This document shows, in pieces, positions 14,701-32,887 of a stretch of DNA of 64,000 nucleotides (positions within the stretch are counted from its first letter, which is position 1; each line of letters starts with the position of its first letter). Source of the stretch: Blastocystis sp. Blastoise. Its lineage: Eukaryota > Protista > Bigyra: Opalinata. The notes beneath the pieces are model-generated. The model did no database searches, was not told the DNA's origin, and saw only the letters and a list, made by a program, of their open reading frames with translations. The stretch is from positions 124,001 through 188,000 of the forward strand of contig JBBPEB010000030.1 in the NCBI GenBank assembly GCA_039096225.1, given 5' to 3'. The position numbers were made by a program, and so were the translations under genes.

Positions 14701-16838
14701 AATTTATTCTTGCTGAATTAGAATTCTTCTTAATTGATTTCAATAAACTTACTATTCCTCCTCTTGCTTATTCTGCTTCTTCTGTTACTGGTTATACTAA
14801 TTCTCAAATTACTTCTTTATATCCTACTTCTGAATATTATAGACAATTTACTATTTCTCCTGCTCTTCCTGCTGGTATAACTCTTTCTGCTTCTACTGGT
14901 AGTATTTCTGGTACTCCTACTGCTCCTTCTTCTGGTACTTATACTATTTCTGCTACTGGTATTACTGGTACTGCTACTACTGCTAGTGTTACTATTACTA
15001 TTCAAAATTGTGCTTTACCTAATGTTTTCTTTAAGGTAGTTTTCACTGGTATGGATGATGGTAATGCTTATCAAAATAGTTTCTCTCTTAATAATATGGC
15101 TGGACAAGTTGTTGATAAATTAGATGCTTTCCCTAATTATTTAATTACTGGTTTAACTCGTGGTTATTGTCAACCTTCTGGTGCTTATTCTCTTATTTTA
15201 AAGGATGCTTATAGAGATGGTTGGGGTAATGCTAAGGTTACTGTATATGGTTCTGATGAAAGTGTTATTCTTCAAGATACTCTTCTTTCTGGTGAATCTC
15301 CTAAGACTTTATATATTAATGTTGGTTATTTAGTTGCTTTTGGTCAAAGTTCTTGGAAGTATACTTCTACTGTTCAATCTGGTACTGCTTGGGCTGCTAC
15401 TACTTTCAGTGATGCTACTTGGTCTACTGCTCAAGCTGGTTCTTTCACTGGTTTAACTGGTACTACTGTTTATTATAGAACTACTTTCACTGTTAATAAT
15501 CTTGAACAATTCTCTCTTTATGAATTATCTCTTAAGATTAAGGCTGGTATTATTGCTTATATTAATGGTAAAGAAGTTTATAGATATGCTGTTCCTGCTA
15601 CTGGTGTTACTTCTTCTACTTTAGCTACTAGTGAATTTGCTGATGTTACTGTTGTTACTTCTTCTGAATCTGCTCAATATGGTAGTTTAGTTGCTGGTCA
15701 AAATGTTTTAGCTGTTGAAATTCATAGATATGGTCCTTCTCAAGAAACTACTTTTGATGCTCAAGTTGTTCTTCAATTAACTGGTGCTAACAGAGTTTCT
15801 GGTGGTACTGTTAAGACTAATGTTCCTGGTCATAATACTGATCAATGGCATGAAACTGAAGATATGGCTTTTGATCGTAATATGGATACTAAATATTATG
15901 CTAAGGGTTGTGGTCAAACTATTTGGTTAGAATATATTTATAATTATAATCGTAAAGAATTTGTTTCTTCTGTTGCTGTTTCTCGTGCTAACAATTGGAA
16001 TCGTCAACCTACTGCTTTCATTTTATCTGCTTCTAATGATGGTATTAACTATGTTACTCTTACTGGTGATTTCAATATGACTTTTGGTGATTATAAATCT
16101 GCTGCTGGTACTAAAACTTATGATTTCTTTAATAAGGTTGCTTATAATAGATATAGATTTACTTTTGATACACGTGCTTGTTCTGAAGGTTTAGAAATTT
16201 CTGAATTAGCTCTTACTTCTAAGAGAATCGGTACTACTTGTCCTGCTGAAGGTACTTATACTGAAACTCTTTCTGGTGGTTATGCTTGGAAACAATGTGG
16301 TAATTATTATTATGGTTCTATTGTTCGTCCTTGTACTAATGGTGTTTGGGGAACTGAACAAAGACAATGTGAAGTTGTTGAACCTCGTGCTTTCAATTAT
16401 ACTGCTAAATCTTATGTTTTCAGAACTAAGAGAAATAATGCTACTCCTGTTCCTTATTATGAAGCTGCTGAAGCTAATTTCACTATTGTTCCTGCTCTTC
16501 CTGCTGGTTTATCTATTAATATAAATAATGGTATTATTAGTGGTTCTCCTCAAGCTGATTTTGCTGAAAAGGATTTCGTTATTACTCTTGCTAATGCTAA
16601 GGGTACTAAGACTGCTTCTGTCACTTTAAGTTCTATTGCTGCTGGTGGTTTAGAAGGATGGGGAGTTGCTCTTATTGTTATCGCTTGTATAGTTATTGTT
16701 ATCTTCATTGCCTTTGTTGTTTTCATTGTTCTTAATAGACGTAAGGGATCTAAGAGAGGTAATCATAAGGCTATGAAGGCTGGTGCTAAAGCTACTACTC
16801 CTACTAAGGCTGCTGCTGATAAGAAAGTCAGAATTTAA
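11765..16838 (+). CDS. Large type-I surface protein with three tandem modules of galactose-binding-like, F5/8C(discoidin)-like and putative Ig (He_PIG-like) domains
   Basis: ATG 11765 with signal peptide MKSFIVCLFIAL, three 5' introns, then a ~4.5-kb exon. Three-fold motifs: W..S/TFADSTW-like, AFDGDIQTKWY/LFDSNYNTRF/AFDRNMDTKYY, and F.I.PALPA. TM helix WGVALIVIACIVIVIFIAFVVFIVL plus basic tail. Confidence 0.85.
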
Positions 16839-17023
16839 ACATATTATCTTTAAATAATAGTTATATATATATATTTTAAGAAATAATTCTTATTTTGAAC
16901 ATTTATTAAGTGTTTCAGTTGTTTTTTTAATTTATTTTGAATACAAAAAAAATTGTTTTGTTGTTTTGTTTGTTTTTTTATAAAGACACAAGTCAACTAA
17001 ATTACATGATTATATAAAATGAA

Positions 17024-18253
17024 TTAGAACTTGATATTTGAATGAATTCCCCTTCTTTCGAAATAATGAATGTGTATTTTTTTATGTGTTTGGTTCTTTT
17101 TCATACTTTCAGATATATAGTGACCATCTTCTTCATCTTCTTCCCATTTAATAGAAGTAATTGTAGGTTTTTTGAATAGTTCTGTGATGGTACTCCAACT
17201 GAATCGAACAATTCGAGGGAATCCAAAAATAGTATGAATATTATCAGTTAACCATTTTTTTGTATTAGGATCTGATGGATATCCTGAACCTAAAGAGTCA
17301 CTATTTCGAATGATACTCTTATTATCATATATTTCTTGAATAAGATTATCACGACAAACCTATATATATAAATATATAAATATAAATAGATAAATGGATC
17401 AATTAAAAAAATATATAAATATATAAATAAAAATATATAAATATATAAATAAATAAATAAATAAATAAAAAATAGTTGACAATTGTAGATGACAAAAATA
17501 GGTTTAAAAAATGTAACTATGAAAAATAGATACTTTTGCAACAATACTAGCAGCACTAACACATTTATAAAGAGCATCAGCCTTCTTAGAGACTGTAAAT
17601 TTTATATGAGTATTTGAAAAATGATTCAATAGTTTATCTTGATACTTTTTGGGATCTCCAACAGTATCAACATAAACTTCTTTAACCTGAACATGATTAT
17701 CAAGAAGAGTCTGAATTAAACCAATAGCTGCATTATGAGACATGAAATTTAAATTATAAGGATTTCTATATAAATGTATTATATAAATTATAATATTATC
17801 AAAATGGAATAACATCTAAAAAAATAAACTCATTGATAAATAAACTATACTTTTGTAGCATATTTGCAGATATTTCTTCTGGACTTAAAACTCGAAGAAC
17901 ATAGCCAATATCCATAGAAGAATCAATAATAGTTTTTAATTCTTCTCTTTTTTCTGCTGTTAAAGCTTTTGAATCTATAAATTTAAATGGATAATCAATT
18001 AAGAAAAGCATATTTTTATATACCATCAAATCCTTTCTTGGAAATCTCATCATTTTTGTCTAATACCCAATAGGCACATCCATAAACCATAGGACCTAAT
18101 GAAAAGTTTTATAAAATAATTTACACTCATACCAAGAACAGGACCTCGACCAGCTTCATCAATTCCAACAATTACATCGTTATTATGACATTCTTCGGGA
18201 ATATGACTGCATTTAAAGTCTTCAGACCATAATGAAGAATGAATAGCAGACAT
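17024..18253 (-). CDS. RNASEH2A: Ribonuclease H2 subunit A
   Basis: IVGIDEAGRGPVLG|PMVYG, DSKALT, VYVDTVGDP, KKADALYKCVSAASIVAK, GSGYPSDP, FGFPRIVRFSW. Stop TAA at 17024-17026. Confidence 0.96.
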
Positions 18254-19196
18254 TCTTTAATCAAATAATGTACCTAAATTCTTTATTAAGCTACTTTAAA
18301 CAATTCATATTAAAAAAGTATTTTTACCTTATATAAAACGTTTTTTTATCATATTTTTATATTTGTTTTCTTATTATATTTTCATATAATATCGTCAGGA
18401 TACTTGTAGATATATAAATTGCAGTACTATATTTGAATTCAATGGTATCTAGATATAATCCATTCTTTTTTTAATGTTCAATTGTAGTTAGTTTTAATTA
18501 TTATTGTTATTCTCACTTTCAATAAAATTCAATACTCATAAACTTTATAGACAAGCTAATTAATACAGAGTGATACTGAATATGCTTAATATCTAGAATA
18601 ATGTGATTCATTACAGTATTTTTTAAAAGGATGACTTATTGATACAAACAGATATTGCTGCATTTTGTGTTGCCTATATTATTCTTTAAATTGCATCTGA
18701 AATCTAGAAACCACAGTCAAATATACTACTAGTATTCAGTTTAAATGACCTAGTTTACCAATATATTTTATATAGAATTCAGAGTTGTGTTATGATTCGA
18801 ATAAACAACATTTCTTTCTTCAAAAATAAGATTAAAATATTCATAATTTCTATTATTTATTAATGTTTCTCTAAAGGAGATGAATATAAGTCTTTGATAT
18901 AGTTGTCTCTATACGTAATTTAAATATGAATAGATTTCTCGGATCACAATCCATATAATCTGGATCAAGATAGAAATCAATCACAGAATAGTGGGAATAA
19001 GTAAATAGAGAAAAAGATGTTTCTTTATCGAAAAAAGAATTCGATACGTTCGAAAACAAATATGAAAAGAATAAAATATGAACGTAAACAGAATAAAGTT
19101 CCACAATTATTCGTTGTTTTGTTTTGTCTTGGTTCCATATTCTATGATTCTACACTTGTATTTGAAACATTAACATATAGCTTTTTCTTGTTAAAT

Positions 19197-21410
<2,214 letters not shown>

Positions 21411-21739
21411 TCTCTTTTTTGTGCTACTAAATAATACATTGTATATTCTATCTTCATCTGTCAATTCTTCATGTTCTTTTAATACTATAGTTTTTTTAAT
21501 TTCTTTTTTTTCTTATTCATTTTTTTTGTGTTTCTTTTTTCATTTGTTGCTGTATATTTTAATGCTAAGTTCATCTTACTTTTTTTACTGAAATTTAATA
21601 CATTGTTTTGTGTTGGCTTTATTAAATTGATTCCATACTAACATAATAACTTATTTGAAACAAAAACTCTTTTACTAACAAAACTCAAAAGTTGTAAACA
21701 TTTATCTCTTAAAAAATCAAATCAAATAACAATAGAGCA

Positions 21740-21931
21740 TTAATTACTTAATGGAACATCTGATAATTGCTGTTTGTATGAAGAAAAAAGTTCAAATGAT
21801 GAATTTGTTGTCTTTTTAAGTTCACATATTTTTGCTGTATCTTTTAACAACGTTCCATAGAGTTTATTAGTTGTTTCAAACTCTTCACTGAGTTGATTTA
21901 ACGCAAGGGTCATTCTATCATATTCACTCAT
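21740..21931 (-). CDS. 63-aa coiled-coil protein, possibly a DASH/Dam1 complex Dad1-like subunit
   Basis: Single-exon ORF preceded by an apparent 5'UTR intron (gtatga...tatag, ~21949-21982). Heptad pattern and ELFSSYKQQL ending loosely resemble Dad1 as recalled. Confidence 0.4.
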   Translation of the reverse strand: MSEYDRMTLALNQLSEEFETTNKLYGTLLKDTAKICELKKTTNSSFELFSSYKQQLSDVPLSN

Positions 21932-22349
21932 ATCAAAAAAAATACGATTCTATAATATAAATAGATTTCAAATCAAATCATACAGGAGCAACTAGAAGTC
22001 TTAATCAAAACATTCTTCTGTTTCTGAAATTAGCACTTTCTTTAAATTAGTGCTTCTATTGGGTGATTTCTCATATTTCGTTATTTGATTCGTTCATTAT
22101 TTGATAATTTTCAATAAAGTGACAAATAAGGTGTAAATATTTAAAAGTTCAGAAAGAAAATCAAATAAACCGCGGTTATTCCATAAATACAGACTGGATT
22201 ATTTCCTAAAAAGAATTTTTGATGAATTCCATCGAATTCTTTATTATATAAAGGAATCAACGAATTACTTTTTATCTGTTAAGTATATGTCTCTATTTTC
22301 TTTTGTATATTTTATCTAATACTATAGACTGTGTACTTAAAGAATCACG

Positions 22350-26458
<4,109 letters not shown>

Positions 26459-26995
26459 ATATTATATAATAAGATATATGTATTATATATATATTATATT
26501 ATATTTTTTGATGTTTTTATTTTTTAATAGTTTACCATTATGAATATATATACATATTATTATTATTTCTTGTAACACACATAATATATATATATATATT
26601 TAAATGATTCTATTCCCTTCTTGATATTCTATAATATATATTCATTATTATTATTCTATTTGTTTATGTACACTTATATATGCTTTTATTGTGGTAATAT
26701 TTCTTTCGTTTGCTACTTTTTTAATATAGATATTTATTCTACTTCATTTAGTAGAATAGAATGAATCACTTCGTAATAAGTCTTTAAATATATATTATAC
26801 TCTCATTTGCTAATTTCTTCATATTATAAGTACATTTTATTTATGTTTTGTTTTGTTATGTTTTTTTGATACATAATATATATATCCTTCGATATCTATT
26901 CAACTCTAAAATAAAATTTAAAAAGAAACTTCTCACTTTTAAAAAACAAATTTAAAAACGAAACACTTTTTGTTTTAGTTTGTATTCTTCTAGTT

Positions 26996-27379
26996 ATGGG
27001 TTTAGGTCTTGTGAATTATGATTATTCAGATGATAGTGATAGCTCTCAATCAAATTCTGATGTCATAAATGAAGATGAAGTTATTCCTAGCAAAGAGAGT
27101 TCAAATGAATTAAAAGAAACAAAACAAAGTCCTCAAGAAGAAAAACCATTTATATTACCTTCATTTGATGATTTAGATCAAAATTCGTCATCAGTCATCC
27201 CAATTGCAGTCACAAAAACATCAAATGATATTAAAAAAACAAATTCAACAAAGAAAACATTAGCCAAATCTAAAGTATCTCTTCTTCCTCCTCAATTATC
27301 ACGACCTAATGTATCTACAATTGACCATGAAAGTATGAATACGCACTCAACTATGTTACATGTTCAAAAAAATAATTGA
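26996..27379 (+). CDS. Hypothetical 127-aa, largely disordered protein (LVNY N-terminal motif, LLPPQLSRPNVST C-terminal motif)
   Basis: Intact single-exon ORF with coding-like composition. An N-terminal LV.Y..SD motif occurs in several nuclear/splicing proteins; family not identified. Confidence 0.65.
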   Translation: MGLGLVNYDYSDDSDSSQSNSDVINEDEVIPSKESSNELKETKQSPQEEKPFILPSFDDLDQNSSSVIPIAVTKTSNDIKKTNSTKKTLAKSKVSLLPPQLSRPNVSTIDHESMNTHSTMLHVQKNN

Positions 27380-27635
27380 TTTTTATATATGTATATTAAT
27401 ATTATACACTATTTGTTTTGTTCATAATTGATTTCAAACTTTAAAATATCATATATACATATATAAAATACAATTCCAGTTGTTTGTCATGTTAAAAATA
27501 TAAACACATCTTATTACTAATAATAATAAGTATAGTTTAAAAAAAAGAAACAAAAGAAATATGTATAAATATATCACCCACAATGTACCAAGGTTAGTTT
27601 AAACAATGTACATATATATATTATCGGTCTTTTAT

Positions 27636-28476
27636 TTAGTTGGATTGAGCGAATTCGAAGCTAACGTTTTTGTTGGTGAGCTTCTTGTAGATACAACTGA
27701 AAGTATCGAGCTTAGTTTCGACATCACCTTGATGAGCCTTATCTAAGAAGATCTTTTGGTGACGAGAAGCTTCGTTGCTGAGAATGGTTCTCTTACCAAC
27801 AATTTCAGAAGGATATACGAGATCATATAATAAGAATAGGATATAATATATGTTTTAAAAAATGTTATAAAAAGAGTATATGATATAATATTTACTATTA
27901 TAGAGAATAGAAATGTATAATAACAATAATAGCAATAATAAAAATAATAATAATGAGATCATCAAGAATAGCTTCTTGAACGGAGGTAAGGGTTCTAGAA
28001 CGAGGACGGATGGCATTAGCATTCTTAGATCTGCTGTAAGAAGTGCTTAAGATGGTTCTCTTAGCAATGAAAGCAACGGGGCGACCTCTAGAAATTTTAT
28101 ATAAATATAGCTTTCACATATAATAATTGCAAAAAAATAATGACTATATGAATTCATCCTTGAAAAAAAATAAAAATATTAAAATATATATATACTCGAA
28201 CTTCTTTTCAAGTTCAGTAATAAGACGGGATTGAACCTTTTGGAAAGCCTTACGAAGAGGATAAGGGACGAAGATGATAATGGCGTTCTTATCACCAGAA
28301 ACTTCAACTTCCTTAGCAGCAAGAATGTAAAGACCATTGATAGCCTTTTGAATATCCTTGTTAGCGTTTTGGATCTTAACGATTTCTTCAACGACCTTGG
28401 TTTCGAAAGCATCAGGAGATTGCTTACCAGCCTTGACGATCTTTACATTGACAACTTCAGTAGCAACGTTGGACAT
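27636..28476 (-). CDS. RPS7: 40S ribosomal protein eS7
   Basis: AIIIFVPYP...FQKVQSRLITELEKKFE|GRPVAFIAKRTIL...RPRSRTLTSVQEAILD|DLVYPSEIVGKR...YKKLTNKNVSFEF. High-expression (C-ending) codon bias. Intron 2 is non-canonical. Confidence 0.97.
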
Positions 28477-29502
28477 GTTTATATATGAAACTCAATTAAA
28501 CATAATTTGTGAAAAAGTGTTGCACAAAAACTTTCTGTTTTGTATGCAGATGTCAAGATAGATAACTTTCAAAATAAGGTAATAATAACATACATGTTTA
28601 TATGCACAAATAAACAGAGTAGGTGAGTAATTATTTGTAAAAGTGGACATTCAAGCCACAAACATAAATTCCTAGAAAAAAAGAATTTGCGGCTATAAAT
28701 AATTTGAAGGCCCTATTCCAAAAACACTTTTTTTTATGATAGACAATTAGCTTTTCTTTATTATAATTTTTGTTTTTACCCGCTGGATTTAGTTTTAATT
28801 AGAGACCATATTTTAGAAACGAGCATATTTTTCCTTATTCATTTTTTTTTCATTTTCGCGATTATATACTGTTTTTTTTTATTAATAATAACGATTATTT
28901 CTATCTATTTTTCTTTTTCATCTATTCTTTACTAATTTATTACCCAGAAAAGAAATTGTTCTATTTCTAGTGTCTTTATACATATATCTTATTGGAAAAT
29001 GCAAAATTCATGCATTTTACGAATAAATTTTGTGAATTAATTTTTTTAATGGCTTAAAATGTAATTATAATAGCATAACTTATATTTAGATCATATTTGA
29101 ACATATGTATATAAATTAGTTTGTGCATTTTAATAGAATGGACAATCAGTCTTACTTTTTATTGTTTCTATTACGAAAAATATATATATTAGTTAATTAA
29201 AAAAAACTGGTTTATAGCAAAATAAGTTTTTTTTAAGTGTAGAAACGTGTATAAATATATACTGTTTTTAATGAGTTTTATTTTGATGATATAAATAATG
29301 TGCGCTATGCATGTAAAAGAATAATGGCTCTATAAATAACGCATAATAATATTTTTTTTGTTTAATACAAAAGATAATATTAGCTTAAAATAAAGAAATG
29401 TATTTAAAAAGCTGATTTCGTTTCCCTCATTTTTTATTATTTTTCTTTTTATTTCTTTTTATTTGTTTTTGACTTCTTATATGTTGTAGAAATTAATAAA
29501 TT

Positions 29503-30523
29503 ATGAATAAAGAGATACAGGATTTGTTTTATAAGCAACTGATAGGATCAACATTAGATTCGAATTATTATAGTTTCGATGAAAATGCAATAGAATTATG
29601 GGAGAAGAAGAGTGCAAAAGGAATAATCACGTCAATACCATTTTTACATACAATTGATTCCTTTCAAATGATAGAATTTTCAGGTAGTTCAGGAACAGGA
29701 AAAACCTCATTGGCATATGATGTGTTATATCATTGTATTTTACATGAACAATATGGTGGACTTGAATCTAATGCTGTTTTATTTGATATGGGTATGGAAA
29801 ATATAATTATATATAGTATTACTCTGTAAAATATAGATAATAAATTAGATTTAGTGAAGCTCATACGAATTATTGAAAACAAAATTATTTCAATACGAGA
29901 AGTTCGTTTGATGCATCCAGAACAGATTCATTCCTTGTTATATGAAATGTTTGGAAGAATAACTGTATATACTCCAACTAGTCTTCAACACTTACATCAA
30001 AACTTAATTTCTCTAATTCAATCAGAAAGTATATAATGAATAATAATAATAATTATATAAATCTATTATTCTTATATATTTAATATAATAATAAGAAATA
30101 TTTTATATGAGAAAGCTTATTAGTATCTTTTTCTTCTATAGAATCAATTCGATTGGTTGTATATGATTCATTTCTAGCATATTTATTTGAATTACAAAAA
30201 GATTCTATTGAGATTTCATTATTTAAAGCAGTATTATTAAGAACAAAAGAACTATTAAGAGTTAAAAAAGCAAGTGCTATTCTAATCACTCCAATGATTA
30301 CAACAAACAAACAAAATATTGTTCTTCCTCATTTTTTATCTAATTATATACAGTATAAACTTATATTTTCCATTCAAAGAGTTGATATCAAGTATATATA
30401 TATGTATATTATTCAAGGATTACTTGTATCTATAGTTGTAGTTTTTATCAAGTATCATGCTCAAAACTATCTAAAGAACCATCTATATTTGTTATTAAAG
30501 ATGGATGTTTTATGTTTCAATAA
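29503..30523 (+). CDS. XRCC2: RAD51 paralogue, XRCC2-like
   Basis: IEFSGSSGTGKTSLAYDVLYHCILHEQYGGLESNAVLFDM|DNKLDLVKLIRIIE matches the XRCC2 pattern (E..G..GTGKT...CILP...GGLE..V.F.D.D..FD..RL). Walker B IRLVVYDS. Confidence 0.75.
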
Positions 30524-30737
30524 CTATTTATGTGCTTGCATTTTCTTGTGTTTAAAAAAACTATTTTGGTTCTATAACATTTTTTTAAAGAAAAATAATA
30601 AATAAATGAAAACTATAAAAAAACAAATATAATTCTTTTTACAATAAAGTCTCATTGAATAATTCATCAAGATATAAAGATATAAACAGGTTCTTTACAT
30701 ATATTAATTATTATGGTTTTTACAATACTAATTTAAA

Positions 30738-32060
30738 TTAGTCATCTAATTCTTCTTCTATATCTTCATCAATACTATCATCCATACTATCTTTACGATC
30801 TAAATCATAATTAATACCTTTACTCTTAGTTTCTTTCACATCCTCTTTATCTTCTGTATCTACAGGTTCTTCTATGACTTCTCCATCATTATTATCTAAA
30901 TCTTCATCATGAATCTCCATATCATCCTCTTCATCTATATCAATCTATATATATATATATATATATAAGAATATAACAACTATTTATAGTAATATACACA
31001 AATATTTTATTATTACTTATATACTATATATATATACATCAAAATCACGACTACGATCCAGTACAAAACTCTCTGCCTTCTGAAGGAAATCATTCTATAT
31101 ATATATATATATATGATAAAATAATGAATAGTTAGAATGATTCTTGAGAATATAAAAGAATATATAACATAAATATTAAAATACTTGAGCATCTACAACT
31201 TGTTGACTATTTTCACATGCACAATAAATAGCAAAAAGTTCCTGTAATAATAATATATAATTAATAAATATATTTAATATATAAATAATTCAAAAGAAAT
31301 AATAATATACTTTGTTAATTTGATAAAATCCAGGACCCCATTTAAATTGCTGCATAATAAGATCAGCATCTTCATATATTAGTAATTAATTATAAATAAT
31401 AAATGTGATTACTAATTAGAAAAAAGTAAAAAAATTAGTATAACAAGATAATAATAAAATAAAAATAATTCAAAATAAAATAAAAATAATTTAAAATAAA
31501 ATAAAATAAAATAAAAATAATAATTAAAAAAACATAAAATAAAAACAATAATAAAAAAATAATACATTAAATCCACAAATATATAATGTAGCTGCTAAGG
31601 CTTCAGCACAATTTAATTTTGATGGTTTTCCATAATTAACAGGATTTGCTGCTATTAAATAAGGTAATAATCTATGTACACCATTTCGAAGTTTTTGCAT
31701 AGGTACTTCTTCAATTCTTGCCCAAGAACAATCTATAACTGAAGTACCCTTTTGTTCAACTATCTCTCGGTCTTCTTTAGAAACAGACTTGGTTCCAAAT
31801 GGAGATAAAACAAGTCCATGAAATGGATTACTTACACGAAGTTCCTTGACATAACCAAGTCTTTCTAACTTTCTACCACTACAACGTTTTGCATCACATT
31901 GTTTGAAATCCCACATATATAATCCGACAGAAGTAAGTCTAGGAGTATCATCTTTGTATCCACGAATTGTCTGTTCTCTCTTTCCTGTATATTTTGGAGT
32001 TTGTTTCCTTTTAGAACCATCGTCCTTTCTTTGATCACCCTTATTCTTTCCTTTTGCCAT
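30738..32060 (-). CDS. TSR3: 18S rRNA aminocarboxypropyltransferase Tsr3
   Basis: MWDFKQCDAKRCSGRKL, IDCSWARIEE, RLLPYLIAANPVNYGKPSKLNCAEALAATLYICG, FKWGPGFYQIN, acidic tail. Intron 1 ends in AT. Confidence 0.95.
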
Positions 32061-32887
32061 CCTTATCTAATGATATAATAAAAGTTTTTTGAATGGCTTC
32101 TGTTTTTATTCTGAATCATTGCTGAAAAATGTCAAGTCTGAATTATATTTTCATCATTTTTCTCTCTCGTATTCAAATTTATATCATATTTCTATTTTAA
32201 AAACTGGAGTACATGATTCTGGAATTACAAAAAAATAATCAGAATCCTGTAAAAACTCAAAGTAATCCTAAATTAAAATATCATATCACAATGTTTAATC
32301 TTTTATATATCATTTAATATCAGAAATTAAAGGTATAAAACAACGTTAATAAAATTAAAATAATTTAAAGACATTTATTGAAAAAAAATTCCTCTCGTTT
32401 TTTAAAAGTTGATCATGAATAACAATCTTTGCTTTATTTTTACTAAATATTTTGTGATAAATCTATTTACTATAATAAATGATTCAAATTCGAGAAAAAC
32501 CAATAGATTCAATTACTTATTTGTATTATTATATATATAGTCTTTTCAATTATTCCAATTTATATAAATAAATATTACAATCATAAATAAAATAAAAATA
32601 AGACAAGACTATAATAAGATAATTGCCATTCAATCACAATCAGGATTCAAATAGAAAATTTTTGCGTGATTTATACAGATATATATATGTACATAATAGA
32701 TTCTAATTAAAAAAAGTAGTATTCTTATTTAGAGCTATATACAATTAATAAAAAGGAATTGCTGTTTTTTAGTGATAAAATTGAAAAATAGAGACAAATT
32801 CTTCTTTTTCCCGTCATTTTTGAAGAGTGCTTGTTTTGAAAAACTGGGTTATGCGACAGATACGAGTTATCTCGGCTTTATTTTAAA

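Noticed and set aside
18750-19138. Possible small spliced gene on the minus strand, divergent from the GNAT
   Set aside because: It needs atypical splice sites to stay in frame and has no recognisable motif.
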